Shown piece after piece: positions 1-10,556 of a stretch of DNA of 64,000 nt. The translations under genes were made by a program, and so were the position numbers. The stretch's first letter is position 1; each line of letters opens with the position of its first letter. The stretch is from positions 124,001-188,000 of the forward strand of contig OZ025716.1 of assembly GCA_964019335.1 (NCBI GenBank). The letters run 5' to 3'. Below the pieces are notes generated by a model. The model made no database searches. It saw nothing but the letters and a program-made list of their open reading frames with translations, and was not told the DNA's origin. Origin of the DNA: Diplonema japonicum (taxonomy: Eukaryota; Protista; Euglenozoa: Diplonemea).

Positions 1-295
1 ACGTTGGCAACGTGTTTTGAGTTGACAAACTTCTCCAGGTTTTACCCGGCACGTACAAACAACGGCCAGTTCCTCTTTTATTTTTTTTTTTTTTTTTTTT
101 TTTTTGTGCGTTGGGGTGGAACCCTTTTTTTTTTTTTAAGAAAAAGAAAAAAAAGATTTTTTAATTCTTTTTTTTTTTTCCCCCTCCCGTAATAGGTCCC
201 CCCTGTGTGCGCATTTTTCCAAAAAAAAAAAAAGAATTCCCGTCTGACACAACCCCCTTTTCAGCCCAACAAAAAAAAAAAAAAAAAAAAAAAAA

Positions 296-1399
296 ATGAC
301 AAACAGCATCGGCGTGTATGTAAAGCTGGCTAACGAGCTGCTAGAAACAGAAATCGACGGTGCGAGTAAGTTGAGCGACCTATACCCAATCGTGTCAGAA
401 AAGGCAGGTCTCATGGAAACGACATTCTCTCTAACATGGGAGGGGGAGAGGATAGACAGGCAAGGGACGCTCCTTGTAAGTGACAGCGGACTTTGTGAAG
501 ACTCTGTCATTGCAGTAGAAAAGGCCCTGGAGATCATTTGCAGTGTAGAAGATCTCGCTGCAAGGAAAACCGAACTCACAATAGCTGTATCCCAGGACCC
601 TGATGCTGTCCTAGTCATTGACACTAGTAGCCTCAAAGGATGTATTCTAACCATCCCCGGTGGCGATCTACCCCCCAACCTGAAAAAGGTTGTAATTGCA
701 GGCAGCAATGTGTTAGAATTCACCCATCTTGACGATTTCTTCCTTTCCCCCCACCGTAGCCTCATGTCCGTTGACCTCTCGGGGCTGTCTGTGAACGGTG
801 TTGGGAGCAATTTTTTGTCAGCGTGTTCCAGTCTTCAAACTGTGGATTTGTCATTTATTGAACCGCCGTGCCCCCCCCCCTTAGTGGGCCCGATGTTTCT
901 TGCGTGCTGCAAGGCGTTAAAACGTGTCGATTTGTCTCCTTTACGTGGTGTCTCTTGTGTTAAAAGTGGGTTTTTGAAGGATTGTTCGCAGTTGGAATTT
1001 GTAGACCTGTCCCCGTTGCACGGTGTGCGCGAGGTGGACCATTCTTTTCTCGCGGGGTGCTCGTCGATTCAGTCTGTTGACTTAACGGCTTTATCGTCGA
1101 TAACTGAGCTGTCGCACTCCTTTTTGTCAGGTGCCACGTCGCTCACCTCGTTGGACCTCTCCCCCTTCAGGGACAATATTTATGTCATCGGGACTTCGTT
1201 TCTCGCAGGCTGCACGTCTCTCGCGACCGTCGACCTGAGGCCTCTGTCAAATGTGAGATTTGTGGCATATGGGTACCTTGCCAACTGCCGCCCTACCGTT
1301 GACACCTCACCGCTTGACGCACTGCCGGGAATGGGATCCTTCACATTTGATCAGCCCCGTGATGAGCCGGCGGCCAAACGTTCTTGTTCTATATTATGA
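296..1399 (+). CDS. Leucine-rich repeat protein (LxxVDLSPLxxVxxIxxxFLxGC type) with possible N-terminal ubiquitin-like region and C-terminal CaaX
   Basis: Repeats such as LKRVDLSPLRGVSCVKSGFLKDC and LTSLDLSPFRDNIYVIGTSFLAGC. Ends CSIL*. ATG follows an A-run. Confidence 0.85.
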   Translation: MTNSIGVYVKLANELLETEIDGASKLSDLYPIVSEKAGLMETTFSLTWEGERIDRQGTLLVSDSGLCEDSVIAVEKALEIICSVEDLAARKTELTIAVSQDPDAVLVIDTSSLKGCILTIPGGDLPPNLKKVVIAGSNVLEFTHLDDFFLSPHRSLMSVDLSGLSVNGVGSNFLSACSSLQTVDLSFIEPPCPPPLVGPMFLACCKALKRVDLSPLRGVSCVKSGFLKDCSQLEFVDLSPLHGVREVDHSFLAGCSSIQSVDLTALSSITELSHSFLSGATSLTSLDLSPFRDNIYVIGTSFLAGCTSLATVDLRPLSNVRFVAYGYLANCRPTVDTSPLDALPGMGSFTFDQPRDEPAAKRSCSIL

Positions 1400-1564
1400 T
1401 GTGCAATGTAATAAAATGAATGAGGGAGAGGAAAAAGAGGGGGGGGGAGAGAGAATGAGTTCGCTTCTTTCTACCCTTGTTCTTTTCACCTTCTTTAGGA
1501 CGAAGGGGAAAAAAAAAAAAAAAGGATAACTGGCTTGAGCCAGTCTAAAAGGAAAGCCAGCAAC

Positions 1565-3319
1565 ATGTCTGACCTGCACGGCTATGACAACAAGGGCGTC
1601 ATCAAGAGCGGCACCTTTGGGACAGTCTTCAAGGTGGTCAGGAAAGCGGATGGTGTGGCCTTTGCGATGAAGGTGCAACGGTGTACAAGTGAAGCAGAGT
1701 CACTGCTGTGCAAGAGGGAGGTGCAGCACATGCAGAAGCTGAGCCATGCGGGGCTGGTACCGTGCCTGGAGCACTTTGAAAGGCAGACGGAGTACCAGGA
1801 GCCTGCACATCACATCATCATGCCCCTGTACACGGGCGACCTGGAAGAGTACATCACAGAGAATGGCCCCCTCACAGAGGAGATCATGGGTAGGCTTTTG
1901 TGGGATGTTGGCAGCGCCCTGCACTACCTGCACCAGGAGGGCTGCCTGCACAGGGATGTGAAGCCGCAGAACATCATGAGGGACGCACAGCTCGACAGAT
2001 TTGTCCTCGGCGACCTCGGACTCATGAAGGACACCACTCACAGCATTGCCTCCTCGCTTGTGGGGACTCCAGGGTTTCTCGCTCCGGAGTTCCTTGCCCA
2101 GTCGCACAATGCAGCATATGACAGCAAGGTGGACATGTGGGCCTTGGGTGTCACGGCGTGCTACGCTGGCCTCCGTCCCTACGAACAGGATAAGCTCTTC
2201 CGCTACCTGCATCTTAACTACGAGTTCATCATGAAGGAGCTACGTCCTCTCCTCCAGGACAGGATCGGGCATACGCTGCAGCACCCCGTTCTATGCATGA
2301 TGCGAAAGGAAGCGGCACACCGCATGTCCGCAGGGGAGCTCCTGCACCACGTCGGGGCACGGCTGAGGGACAGCGTGGCGGGGCTAACAAAGGAGCGTGA
2401 AGCGGCTCGCGTTGCATTGAACGCAGCGGAGGAGAAGATCCGGCAGCTGGAGGGCATCAAACTGCTTGAGAAAGAGGCCAGAGCGAGCAGCCCTCCTCTT
2501 GTCGGTACTTCGGAGAAGCAGCAGAACCAGCTCGAAGATTCTGTCAGCCAGATCTCGGGGACGCCACCACCATCTCATGTTGAACCGTCTGCTGCCCCGC
2601 TTGAGAACCTTTCGCCCGTTGAGGAGCAAGGCTCATACAAGGACGGGTGGGAAGTGCTTAGCACTTTGGGGATGGATGTAGAGAAGCACAAAAATGGGTA
2701 CAAGGCCGCACCACTGAGCGTGGCGGTGGAGAATGACCATGAGGAAGCCATCCGCCAGCTGTGCAGCAATCAAACCATCGATATCAATGCACCAGGGCTG
2801 GGCGGGTACACAGTGCTGCACACCGCCGTACAGAAAGGCAGCAAATCCATCGTTGACATACTGCTGTCCTTTAAAGCCGACCCAGATAAAGTAACGGACT
2901 TCGGGTGGACGGCGCTGCACTTGGCAGCGCAGCGGGGCATGTTCCAAGTGGTGGACGTGCTGCTCCGCTCAAAGGCTAACCCTAATAAGCGAGATAAGTA
3001 TGGTGAGACTCCCTTGCATGTTGCTTCGAAACACGGCAGCGTTCCAGTTGTCGACAGGCTGATGGACAGCTCTGCTGACCCCAACCTGCAGAATAATCCC
3101 AATGGATGGACACCTTTGCACCACGCTGCTTACGAGGGCCATGCGTCCATCGCTGAAGCAATGCGCTGGTGCAAGGCAGCATCGATGAAGGACAACCACG
3201 GTATTGACAAAAAAAAAAAAAAGAAAACATTTTCAGGTAGGCTCCCCTCTGACATTGCGAAACGCCACGACAGGACGGCAGTCCTGCAGGTCCTGAATGG
3301 GAAAGAGGTGAAAGAGTAA
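1565..3319 (+). CDS. Ser/Thr protein kinase (NEK-like) with coiled coil and C-terminal ankyrin repeats; one intron (3201-3236)
   Basis: SGTFG, AMK, HRDVKPQN, GDLG and GTPGFLAPE motifs. Ankyrins GYTVLHTA, GWTALHLA, GETPLHVA, GWTPLHHA. First ATG at 1565. Confidence 0.9.
   Translation: MSDLHGYDNKGVIKSGTFGTVFKVVRKADGVAFAMKVQRCTSEAESLLCKREVQHMQKLSHAGLVPCLEHFERQTEYQEPAHHIIMPLYTGDLEEYITENGPLTEEIMGRLLWDVGSALHYLHQEGCLHRDVKPQNIMRDAQLDRFVLGDLGLMKDTTHSIASSLVGTPGFLAPEFLAQSHNAAYDSKVDMWALGVTACYAGLRPYEQDKLFRYLHLNYEFIMKELRPLLQDRIGHTLQHPVLCMMRKEAAHRMSAGELLHHVGARLRDSVAGLTKEREAARVALNAAEEKIRQLEGIKLLEKEARASSPPLVGTSEKQQNQLEDSVSQISGTPPPSHVEPSAAPLENLSPVEEQGSYKDGWEVLSTLGMDVEKHKNGYKAAPLSVAVENDHEEAIRQLCSNQTIDINAPGLGGYTVLHTAVQKGSKSIVDILLSFKADPDKVTDFGWTALHLAAQRGMFQVVDVLLRSKANPNKRDKYGETPLHVASKHGSVPVVDRLMDSSADPNLQNNPNGWTPLHHAAYEGHASIAEAMRWCKAASMKDNHGIDKKKKKKTFSGRLPSDIAKRHDRTAVLQVLNGKEVKE
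3201..3236 (+). other. 36-nt in-frame GT-AG intron
   Basis: GTATTG...A-run...TTTTCAG. Removal deletes a poly-K insert and gives the ankyrin-like KDNHGRLPSDIA. Confidence 0.8.
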
Positions 3320-3407
3320 AAGCGAAAACGAAAAAGAAACAAAAAAAAAGCTTTTACGACTAACTGCCTCTCCCATTGCGACTCACACCTTTCCAGTTAC
3401 CAACAAC

Positions 3408-3890
3408 ATGGGTTGGGAATGGCGCGCCTTTACCGCTTCAGCCCCGGTCGCAGAAGTGGGGCACGTGGAGCGTCGGACAGACGTGTACAGGGTGGGTGTT
3501 GGTCCGGGATACGGCCTGAAGATGCGAGGTGGCGGCGGCCTTGAGCTGAAAACACTTGTCAAGGAAAGGGGAGAGCAGCAGAAGTGGACGAAAAGGAAGG
3601 TTGACGATGACACCCTGTGCAGCCACATACCAGGCTATGCTGCAATGCGTATCGCAAACATCCGTGTTGCCAAACGTCGCTTTTACACCCGCCTACCCTC
3701 TGTGGGTCAGGTTGAAGTGGTCAACATTACACTAGACCCAGCACCACCAGGGCAGCCAGCTTCTTGGGTCTCGTACTGTGTTGAGGATGGCGATCTTACT
3801 AAAGGTGCTCAAGCGGTGAAGGCATCTTGCCTACAGGAAGGCTCCATAGTGGGCGGCTATCCTTCGTGGCTCGACCGACTCTACTCGTGA
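3408..3890 (+). CDS. CYTH-like (triphosphate tunnel metalloenzyme fold) small protein
   Basis: N-terminal WEWRAF, ERRTDVY, GLKMRG..LELK, VAKRR, WVSYCVE and terminal YPSWL resemble bacterial CYTH-like proteins. Recognised by eye, no search run. Confidence 0.6.
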   Translation: MGWEWRAFTASAPVAEVGHVERRTDVYRVGVGPGYGLKMRGGGGLELKTLVKERGEQQKWTKRKVDDDTLCSHIPGYAAMRIANIRVAKRRFYTRLPSVGQVEVVNITLDPAPPGQPASWVSYCVEDGDLTKGAQAVKASCLQEGSIVGGYPSWLDRLYS

Positions 3891-4074
3891 ATGGTCTTTT
3901 TTGAATATGCAATCCCTAGCCTTGTTGGGTATTCATTCCCTTGTACCTAAAAAGAATAACAACACGACATTCAGTTTCTATTCTATCTTTTTCTCGAGGA
4001 ATCATCTATACACAGGTTGTTACTTACCCCACTTTTAAACAAAAAAGAAGAGGAAAAAAAAAGGAAGAAGAAAG

Positions 4075-6828
4075 ATGGAGAAGAGCCCGCACAAGGAAAC
4101 AGAGGGAGGTGGCGGCTGCAAGGATCGCCTGGAGCGGCTGTCAGCGGCAGTGCACACCGGAACGGAGAAGTTGTTCGAGAAGGTCAGCACTGTGGTGGTG
4201 AACCACCCGGGGGTGACGATCGCCATCTGCGTAGTCTTCGCGGCAGCGATGGCGCAGGGGATCTGGTTCTACGACGAGGAGGTGTCTTCGGACAAGCTGT
4301 TCACCCCTCAGGACAGCCAGGCCTTCAACGACGAGACCTGGGTGATCGACAGGTTCGGGAACGACGCGCGGACGGTGTTCCTGCAGACCCTCGGGACGGA
4401 GGGGACGAACATGCTGACGAAGGCGTCGCTGCTGTACATGCAGGAGATGCACGAGTGGTTCTTGTCGCAGTCGCTCATCGTGGACGGGGAGAACGTGACC
4501 TACAACGTGGTGTGCTCGAGGTACTCGGAGGGAGACGGCTGCAAGGCTCCCGTGTCCGTCCTGTCCTTCTGGCAGCACAACCGGACGCTCTTGGAGGCGG
4601 ACGCGGACCCCCTCGCCACCGTGAACTCCGTGAACTGGAGGGACATCGAGCCCTCGGGACCCCCCCTCAGCTACTACATCGGCAGCGACGCGGTTTACAG
4701 TGGGGCGGCGCTGTTGGTGTCGACGCGGGCGACGCGGATCATCTACGACCTGAAGAACGAGAAGGAGGAGATCTCCGGGGTCGGGGAGGACGACCCGCAG
4801 AGCAGGTACTTCGAGATCCTGGTTGCGGAGGACTCTGCGAACAGGCGTTCGGCCGACAGGGAGGCGCACAACGCTGAGGCGTACATCTTGACGGACGCGC
4901 AGGAGGAGGAGGCGGGAGACGAGGCGACGGGATCGGACGTGGCGAGCCTGATCATTGGGTACGTCTTGATGTTCGTGTACGCCTCCTTCGTCCTGTCCCG
5001 CGGGCGGGCGAAGTACTCGCACTCCATCCTCGGTCTGGTGTCGATAGTCTCGATCGGGCTGTCGACCTTCGCCGCCTACGGCCTCTGCTGGTACATCGGG
5101 ATCAAGTTCAACAGCGTGGTGCAGGTGCTGGTGCTGGTGCTTCTCGGGGTGGGGATCGACGACACCTTCGTGATCATGGACTCCTGGTGGGACTGCGCCG
5201 ACATCCCGACCATGAAGGAGAGGATGGTGGCGGCCATGAAGCACGCCGGGCCTGCGATCACGATCACCTCGATGACGGACCTCATCGCCTTCCTCGCGGG
5301 GTCGAGCACCTCCTTCCCGGGGCTCCGGGACTTCTGCTACTACGCGACGGTCGGGATCACCTTCGACTTCTTCTTCCAGTGCACCTTTGTGGTGGCGATC
5401 GCCTACCTCGACAGCGTGAGGCAGGAGAAGGGGAGGGCGGACTGCCTGTGCTGCGTCGCTGTGGACGACGAGACGGGCTTGTGCGTGAAGAAGGACGGGT
5501 CGTGGACCGAGGGGGAGAGGGGCCTCCAGAACCGCGTTGTCGGGACCTTTATGCCGCGTCTGGTGCTCGGGACCCTCGCGGGGAAGGTGGTGGTGATCCT
5601 CATCTCTTGCTTCTTTTTAGGGGTCGGGATCTACGGGTGCACCGAGCTGGAGATGAACTTCAACAACGAGTGGTTCATCCCGGACGGGCACGCCATCGAG
5701 GCGGCGATGGACGTTCGAAACAGCTACTTCAGCGGAGAGAGCCTCCCTGCGAACGTGTACTTCGGTGCGATCGACTACCCCTTGGAGCAGGACACGGTGC
5801 TGAAGGCGCTCGCGATCCTCCGCGGGAACCGGTGGGTCGTGGCGAACTCCACCTCCTCGTGGATGGAGGACTTCCAGAAGTGGGTGAGGGAGGAGCACGC
5901 CGCGGACTGGGACCAGGGGGCGGGGAGGGTTGTCCCCTCGCAGTTCTACGGGCACCTCCGGGTCTTCGCCTCGACGACGACGGGCCCCCGCAGCGCCTGG
6001 CAGCACATCGACAACATCCGGTGGAGCAGCAACGGGAGCGCTTTGGTCGCCACCCGCTCGGGCTTCCACATCATCGGGGCCCCCCTGTCGGACAGCGAGG
6101 ACGCCGTCGACTGCATGGACGACCTGCGGGCGGCGCTGACGGGGCCGGAGTTCCCGTGGGCCTACCCGTTCATCTTCTGGGAGTCCTACAAGATCATGAT
6201 CTCCGAGATCACGCAGAACGTGGCGGTCGCGGGGTCGTGCGTGTTCGTGCTGGTGACCCTCATGATCGCAAACATCCAGCTGGGCCTCCTGGTGACGGCG
6301 ACGATCGGGTGCGTCGACGTGTGCATGCTGGGCTTCATGCCGCTGATCGGGGTGCAGCTGAACAGCGTGTCGGTGATCTGCATCGTGCTCGCGGTCGGGC
6401 TGAGCGTCGACTACAGCGTCCACATCGCGGGGGCCTTCCTCCACGTGAGGTGCGAGGACGGCGAGGAGCACAGCGGGAGGACGCAGCGCGCGGCCTTCGC
6501 CTTGTGGAAGATGGGCCCCGCTGTGGTGAACGGGGGCACCTCCACCTTCATCGCGGTCCTGCCGCTCGCCTTCGCGATCTCCTACATCTTCACCGTTTTC
6601 TTCAGGATGTTCGTCATGATCATCTTCTTCGGCCAGTGGTTCGGGGTCTTCCTCCTCCCTGTGGTCCTCTCCTTCGTGGGGCCCGACCCTTACCTCACCG
6701 CTCCCGACCTCAACGAGAAGCCGCAACAGAACCCTCTCCACCCTGACCATGGGAACACCGCTGTCATCGAGAAGTCCCTACCCTCGGGTGAGGTGAACTC
6801 TCCGACTGAGATGCATGAAACCGTGTAG
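4075..6828 (+). CDS. Patched/NPC1-like sterol-sensing-domain RND membrane protein
   Basis: Two halves of multi-TM segments with GVGIDD and GLSVDY motifs, GPAITITSMTDLIAF, large luminal loops. Confidence 0.9.
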   Translation: MEKSPHKETEGGGGCKDRLERLSAAVHTGTEKLFEKVSTVVVNHPGVTIAICVVFAAAMAQGIWFYDEEVSSDKLFTPQDSQAFNDETWVIDRFGNDARTVFLQTLGTEGTNMLTKASLLYMQEMHEWFLSQSLIVDGENVTYNVVCSRYSEGDGCKAPVSVLSFWQHNRTLLEADADPLATVNSVNWRDIEPSGPPLSYYIGSDAVYSGAALLVSTRATRIIYDLKNEKEEISGVGEDDPQSRYFEILVAEDSANRRSADREAHNAEAYILTDAQEEEAGDEATGSDVASLIIGYVLMFVYASFVLSRGRAKYSHSILGLVSIVSIGLSTFAAYGLCWYIGIKFNSVVQVLVLVLLGVGIDDTFVIMDSWWDCADIPTMKERMVAAMKHAGPAITITSMTDLIAFLAGSSTSFPGLRDFCYYATVGITFDFFFQCTFVVAIAYLDSVRQEKGRADCLCCVAVDDETGLCVKKDGSWTEGERGLQNRVVGTFMPRLVLGTLAGKVVVILISCFFLGVGIYGCTELEMNFNNEWFIPDGHAIEAAMDVRNSYFSGESLPANVYFGAIDYPLEQDTVLKALAILRGNRWVVANSTSSWMEDFQKWVREEHAADWDQGAGRVVPSQFYGHLRVFASTTTGPRSAWQHIDNIRWSSNGSALVATRSGFHIIGAPLSDSEDAVDCMDDLRAALTGPEFPWAYPFIFWESYKIMISEITQNVAVAGSCVFVLVTLMIANIQLGLLVTATIGCVDVCMLGFMPLIGVQLNSVSVICIVLAVGLSVDYSVHIAGAFLHVRCEDGEEHSGRTQRAAFALWKMGPAVVNGGTSTFIAVLPLAFAISYIFTVFFRMFVMIIFFGQWFGVFLLPVVLSFVGPDPYLTAPDLNEKPQQNPLHPDHGNTAVIEKSLPSGEVNSPTEMHETV

Positions 6829-8037
6829 GGTGAGGGGAAAAAAAAAGAGAAAAAAAAAAATAAAACGCATCAAAAATAAAAAAAAAAATATAAATACTAC
6901 AAAATTGTAAATCTTTTCTTCCTCTTCTTCTTTCTTTTTATTTTTAATTTCGAAAACCTTTCTAACCTCTTCCATTTTCTAGCTTCTGAAGAAAAAAAAA
7001 CAAACTCGGGCCTCATGTAAGAACAAAAAAAAAAAAAGTGACGAACACCAAAGCAGCACTCAGAGGGCACTGTTCTGCGGTCTTTTGCTGATAGCGACGC
7101 AGGACAGTGGTGGACCCCCTGGGTGATGGGGACAAGCATGAGATCCTTTTTTTGTTTCTTTTTTCTTCTTTTCCTTATTTCTTTTTGTTTTGTTTTTCCT
7201 TTCCCCTGTCAACTATCTCGTTGCTTGTTCCTAGTCATGCCTAATATCTAGGAAAAGGAAGTAGGGAACGGGGTGCTATACAATACACATTTAAAGCAAG
7301 AACGAAAAAATATTTTTCGTACTTGTATTCGGAAAAAAAAAGAATTTTTTTATTAGGAACTAAAAAAGGGGGTTTTTTTTTTTAACATAACCTTTTACAA
7401 AATATATATTTGCGTTTCCATATTTTTTTTTTTTGTTCTTTTTAATCCACTACCCTCGTACTATCTCCTTTTTCATCTTTTTTTTCTTCTTTTTTTTTGT
7501 TCGTTCCTTTTTCTTTTTCTCTTCCTTTTTTTCTTCCAAAGCTGTTTTTCTCTACGAGACTAGCCTTGTTTTGAGTCTGAAAAACGCACGGAAAAAGCGA
7601 GAAAAAGAATAGAAGAAAAAAAGAAAACGGAAGAAGAAAAAAAAAAGAAAAAAAGAAGGAAAAAAGGCATGTTAAACTATTTTGTCACTTCGATATGATC
7701 AGAGTCAAAATAGTCATTCTTATTATTTTTTTATCCCACCCCCCCCCCCCCACATCCCAATTTGTTTTACTTTGTTGTTGCCCCAAATTTTATTATTCCT
7801 CCCGTTTCATTTCCCCCCCCCCCCCCCACCTTCGGGAAAAAAAATGCAAAAGAAAAAAAAAAGGGTATTTTTCTAGTGAGGGGAGAAAAAAGGAAGAAAA
7901 AAAAAAAAACCTTTTTTTTTCCCAGCGCATTTCCCCCCCCCCCCCCCTTTTTCCCCCCCTTTCTTTTTTTTAGAAATGTTTCTTTTTGGGGGAAAAAAAA
8001 AAAAAAATAAATAAACTACCCATACACACAAAGGGAA

Positions 8038-8103
8038 ATGTCTGAGCAAGATGAAGACAGTACAAGGCTTCACGATGACACCGAAAGCGACGAAGAAGAA
8101 GAA

Positions 8104-8136
<33 letters not shown>

Positions 8137-10224
8137 ATAATATCACCCATAGGAGCAACCCCACCAACCGCGGAACCAAAGGAAGCAAGCGAAGTCGAAA
8201 CAAGCACGGAACAACGCAGAAGCAGCGGCGCCTGGGAACAGGAAAAAATCGAACACGGCAGCGTCGATCGATCAAGCAGAAGAATGTCACTAGGAATAAC
8301 ATCAACAGCATCCGAGGCGACAACCACACCAGCAGTACCTGAGACATCAATGCTGTCGGTGGCATCTGCCGTTCACGACCAGTCCACATCACGCATTACA
8401 GCAACAGATGACGAAGAAGACAAACAGCTTCTACAATGGAAAAAACAATCTGCAGAGCTCCACTCCCTTCAAGACTCCCTAGAAGTACAAACCAGGGTCA
8501 TCACACCACAACCTACCACCTCGCGAGAGAGCACAGAACTCCTTCGTGTCATAATCCACCATCTCCAAGTCAGAGGAAAGACAAACCTCATCGGTACCAT
8601 CAGAAGCGAAGCCTTACACAACAACATCGCAATGGGGCTTAACCCAGATGTTCTCGTTGCAGGTATGGGTCGGGCAGACGCAGATGGAACCGAGCTTACA
8701 ATGATGTACAAGAACGCCTTGAGATACCTCCCTCCCTTGACAACTGTTTGGCACCATGTTAAACCATGGCCGACGAAAAACTACCACAAAGATGTTATTC
8801 CTTTGAAAGGTATTCCTCAGTACCACGACAGCCAGGAATACGCCAGTCACTACACTGTGTACAATTTGTTGGAACACTTGCTATTGGACGATGCCAACAC
8901 GCACGACATTCCGTTCCGGCCTCCGATTCGAAACAACTTCACAAATGCGTTCTTCTGCACTCATATACAGTTTATAGGACCCGATGCACTTGTTACGCTT
9001 TTAGGCCGTTTCTATCTTGATATTCCTGATGCGTTTTTATATCCTGAGAAATGCGCGGCAACAAGAATACGGGTGTTAAAGGTAATGACGTACTGGGTTC
9101 GACAGGGTGTCGTAGATTTCACAGATAATCTTTTGAGGAAGTGCAGGTCGTTCGCGGTGTTGGTGTTGGGGAAGCTTGAGAAGGGAACAGCGGCAGATGT
9201 TGCAAAGGCAGCGAAGGAGCTCCTCGCTGTTATCGAGAAATGCCTTGCAATGGGAATGCCCCGCATCGCCCCTCTCATGAAAACCTCCACAGCAAAACAC
9301 GAACAACCGGAACCCAAAACAGAAGGTCTTATCCGAGACGCAGTTCTATGCTCGATCGATGAACTGGACGACGAAGAAGTAGCACGGCAGCTTTGTTTAC
9401 TTTGCTACTCTGACTTCGAAAAAATCAGTATCCGAGAATGGCTGAACTCAGCGTGGATCAGCGGCAACGAACTATGGTCGTTAAGCCACAACTTAAGAAC
9501 TACCGTTGACCGTGTAAGCGATTATGTCGATTGGGTCGCATCGCTCATCATTACTCAGCCGACTGAGACGAAACGTGCAGCTCAGCTGCGGCAGTTCCTT
9601 CGAGTTGCTTTTATATGCCTTAAACACAACTGTTTAACAGCTGCGCAGGCCATCCATGCTGGTGTCACATCGAAATATGTAAAGAGGGTACACGGGCTTT
9701 CTAATGTACTGAGCGATCCGGAAATTGAGATGGCTGAACAGTTGGATGATATCAGCGACCCTTTTAAGTCGGCGCACACTGAGCTTGTGGCGAAGTGTTT
9801 GGAATCTGATGTGGCTTGTGTTCCTATTCTGGCCTATCCGTCTGGAGTGTTTTTTGCTGTCGCGTCTGATTCAAGCGAGAGTGTTAAAAGAGTTATTGTT
9901 GATGAAGAACAGGTTGATCTTGTTCACTGGCCCCGTATGATGGCCATCGCCTCGCAGGCGTTGCCGATAATCTCTTTCCAGTCGCGACCGTATAATTTCC
10001 GCCCGCTCCCGCAGATTCAGAAGCTACTCGCCGAGATGCCCGGTAAGCTCCCCAAAGCCGTTCTCGAGGCGGAGGTGCGCCGTCTTGAGGAGGTTGACAT
10101 CCCGCGTTCCCCGCCAGTTGTTTTCAGAGAGGCGCAGGAGGACAACGAAACCTTCACCTTCGTGGTGCCGCCCGAGGTGAAGAAGCCTTTTTGGCAGAGG
10201 ATCTTGTCCAGGAACAAAAAATAA
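8038..10224 (+). CDS. RasGEF (REM + CDC25-like domain) with acidic N-terminus
   Basis: REM-like RIRVLKVMTYWV. CDC25-like EVARQLCLLCYSDFEKISIREWL, WVASLII, RAAQLRQFL, CVPIL and FQSRPYNF. Confidence 0.85.
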
Positions 10225-10396
10225 AAACTTTTGTCCCCCCCCCCCCGTCCTTTTTTTTTTACTGTTCTTTTTTTTCCTATCCACTTGTAGTTGTCTATGT
10301 TTTTTTTTTTTTTTGTTTCCCCCTTTTTTTTTTTCTTTGTACTCGTTTCCACTTCGTCGTTTTACACACTAATGAAAGAAAAAAAAGAAAAAAAAA

Positions 10397-10512
10397 ACTA
10401 GTTTGGCGCTCCATTTGTTTGTGCGCACGAGCGGAATTTTACCTAATAAAATAGCTCATTACGCTGCCATCAACTAGTTTTTAGTCTCGACAATAATATT
10501 GTTAAAACAAAA
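10397..10512. repeat. Short dispersed repeat family B (ACTAGT-bounded MITE-like element, ~82-bp core)
   Basis: actagtttggcgctccatttgtttgtgcgcacgagcggaattttacctaataaaatagctcattacgctgccatcaactagt. Reverse-complement copies near 34862-34981, 50958-51070, 58045-58132 and 59728-59790; deleted form near 16455-16500. Confidence 0.8.
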
Positions 10513-10556
10513 AAGTCCCTACACCTTTTAAAAAAAAAGACAATATATATAGCACA

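Noticed and set aside
4017-6750. Long overlapping ORFs (4017-4877, 4141-5244, 5187-6746, 5617-6750)
   Set aside because: Shadow frames caused by the high GC3 of the Patched-like gene.
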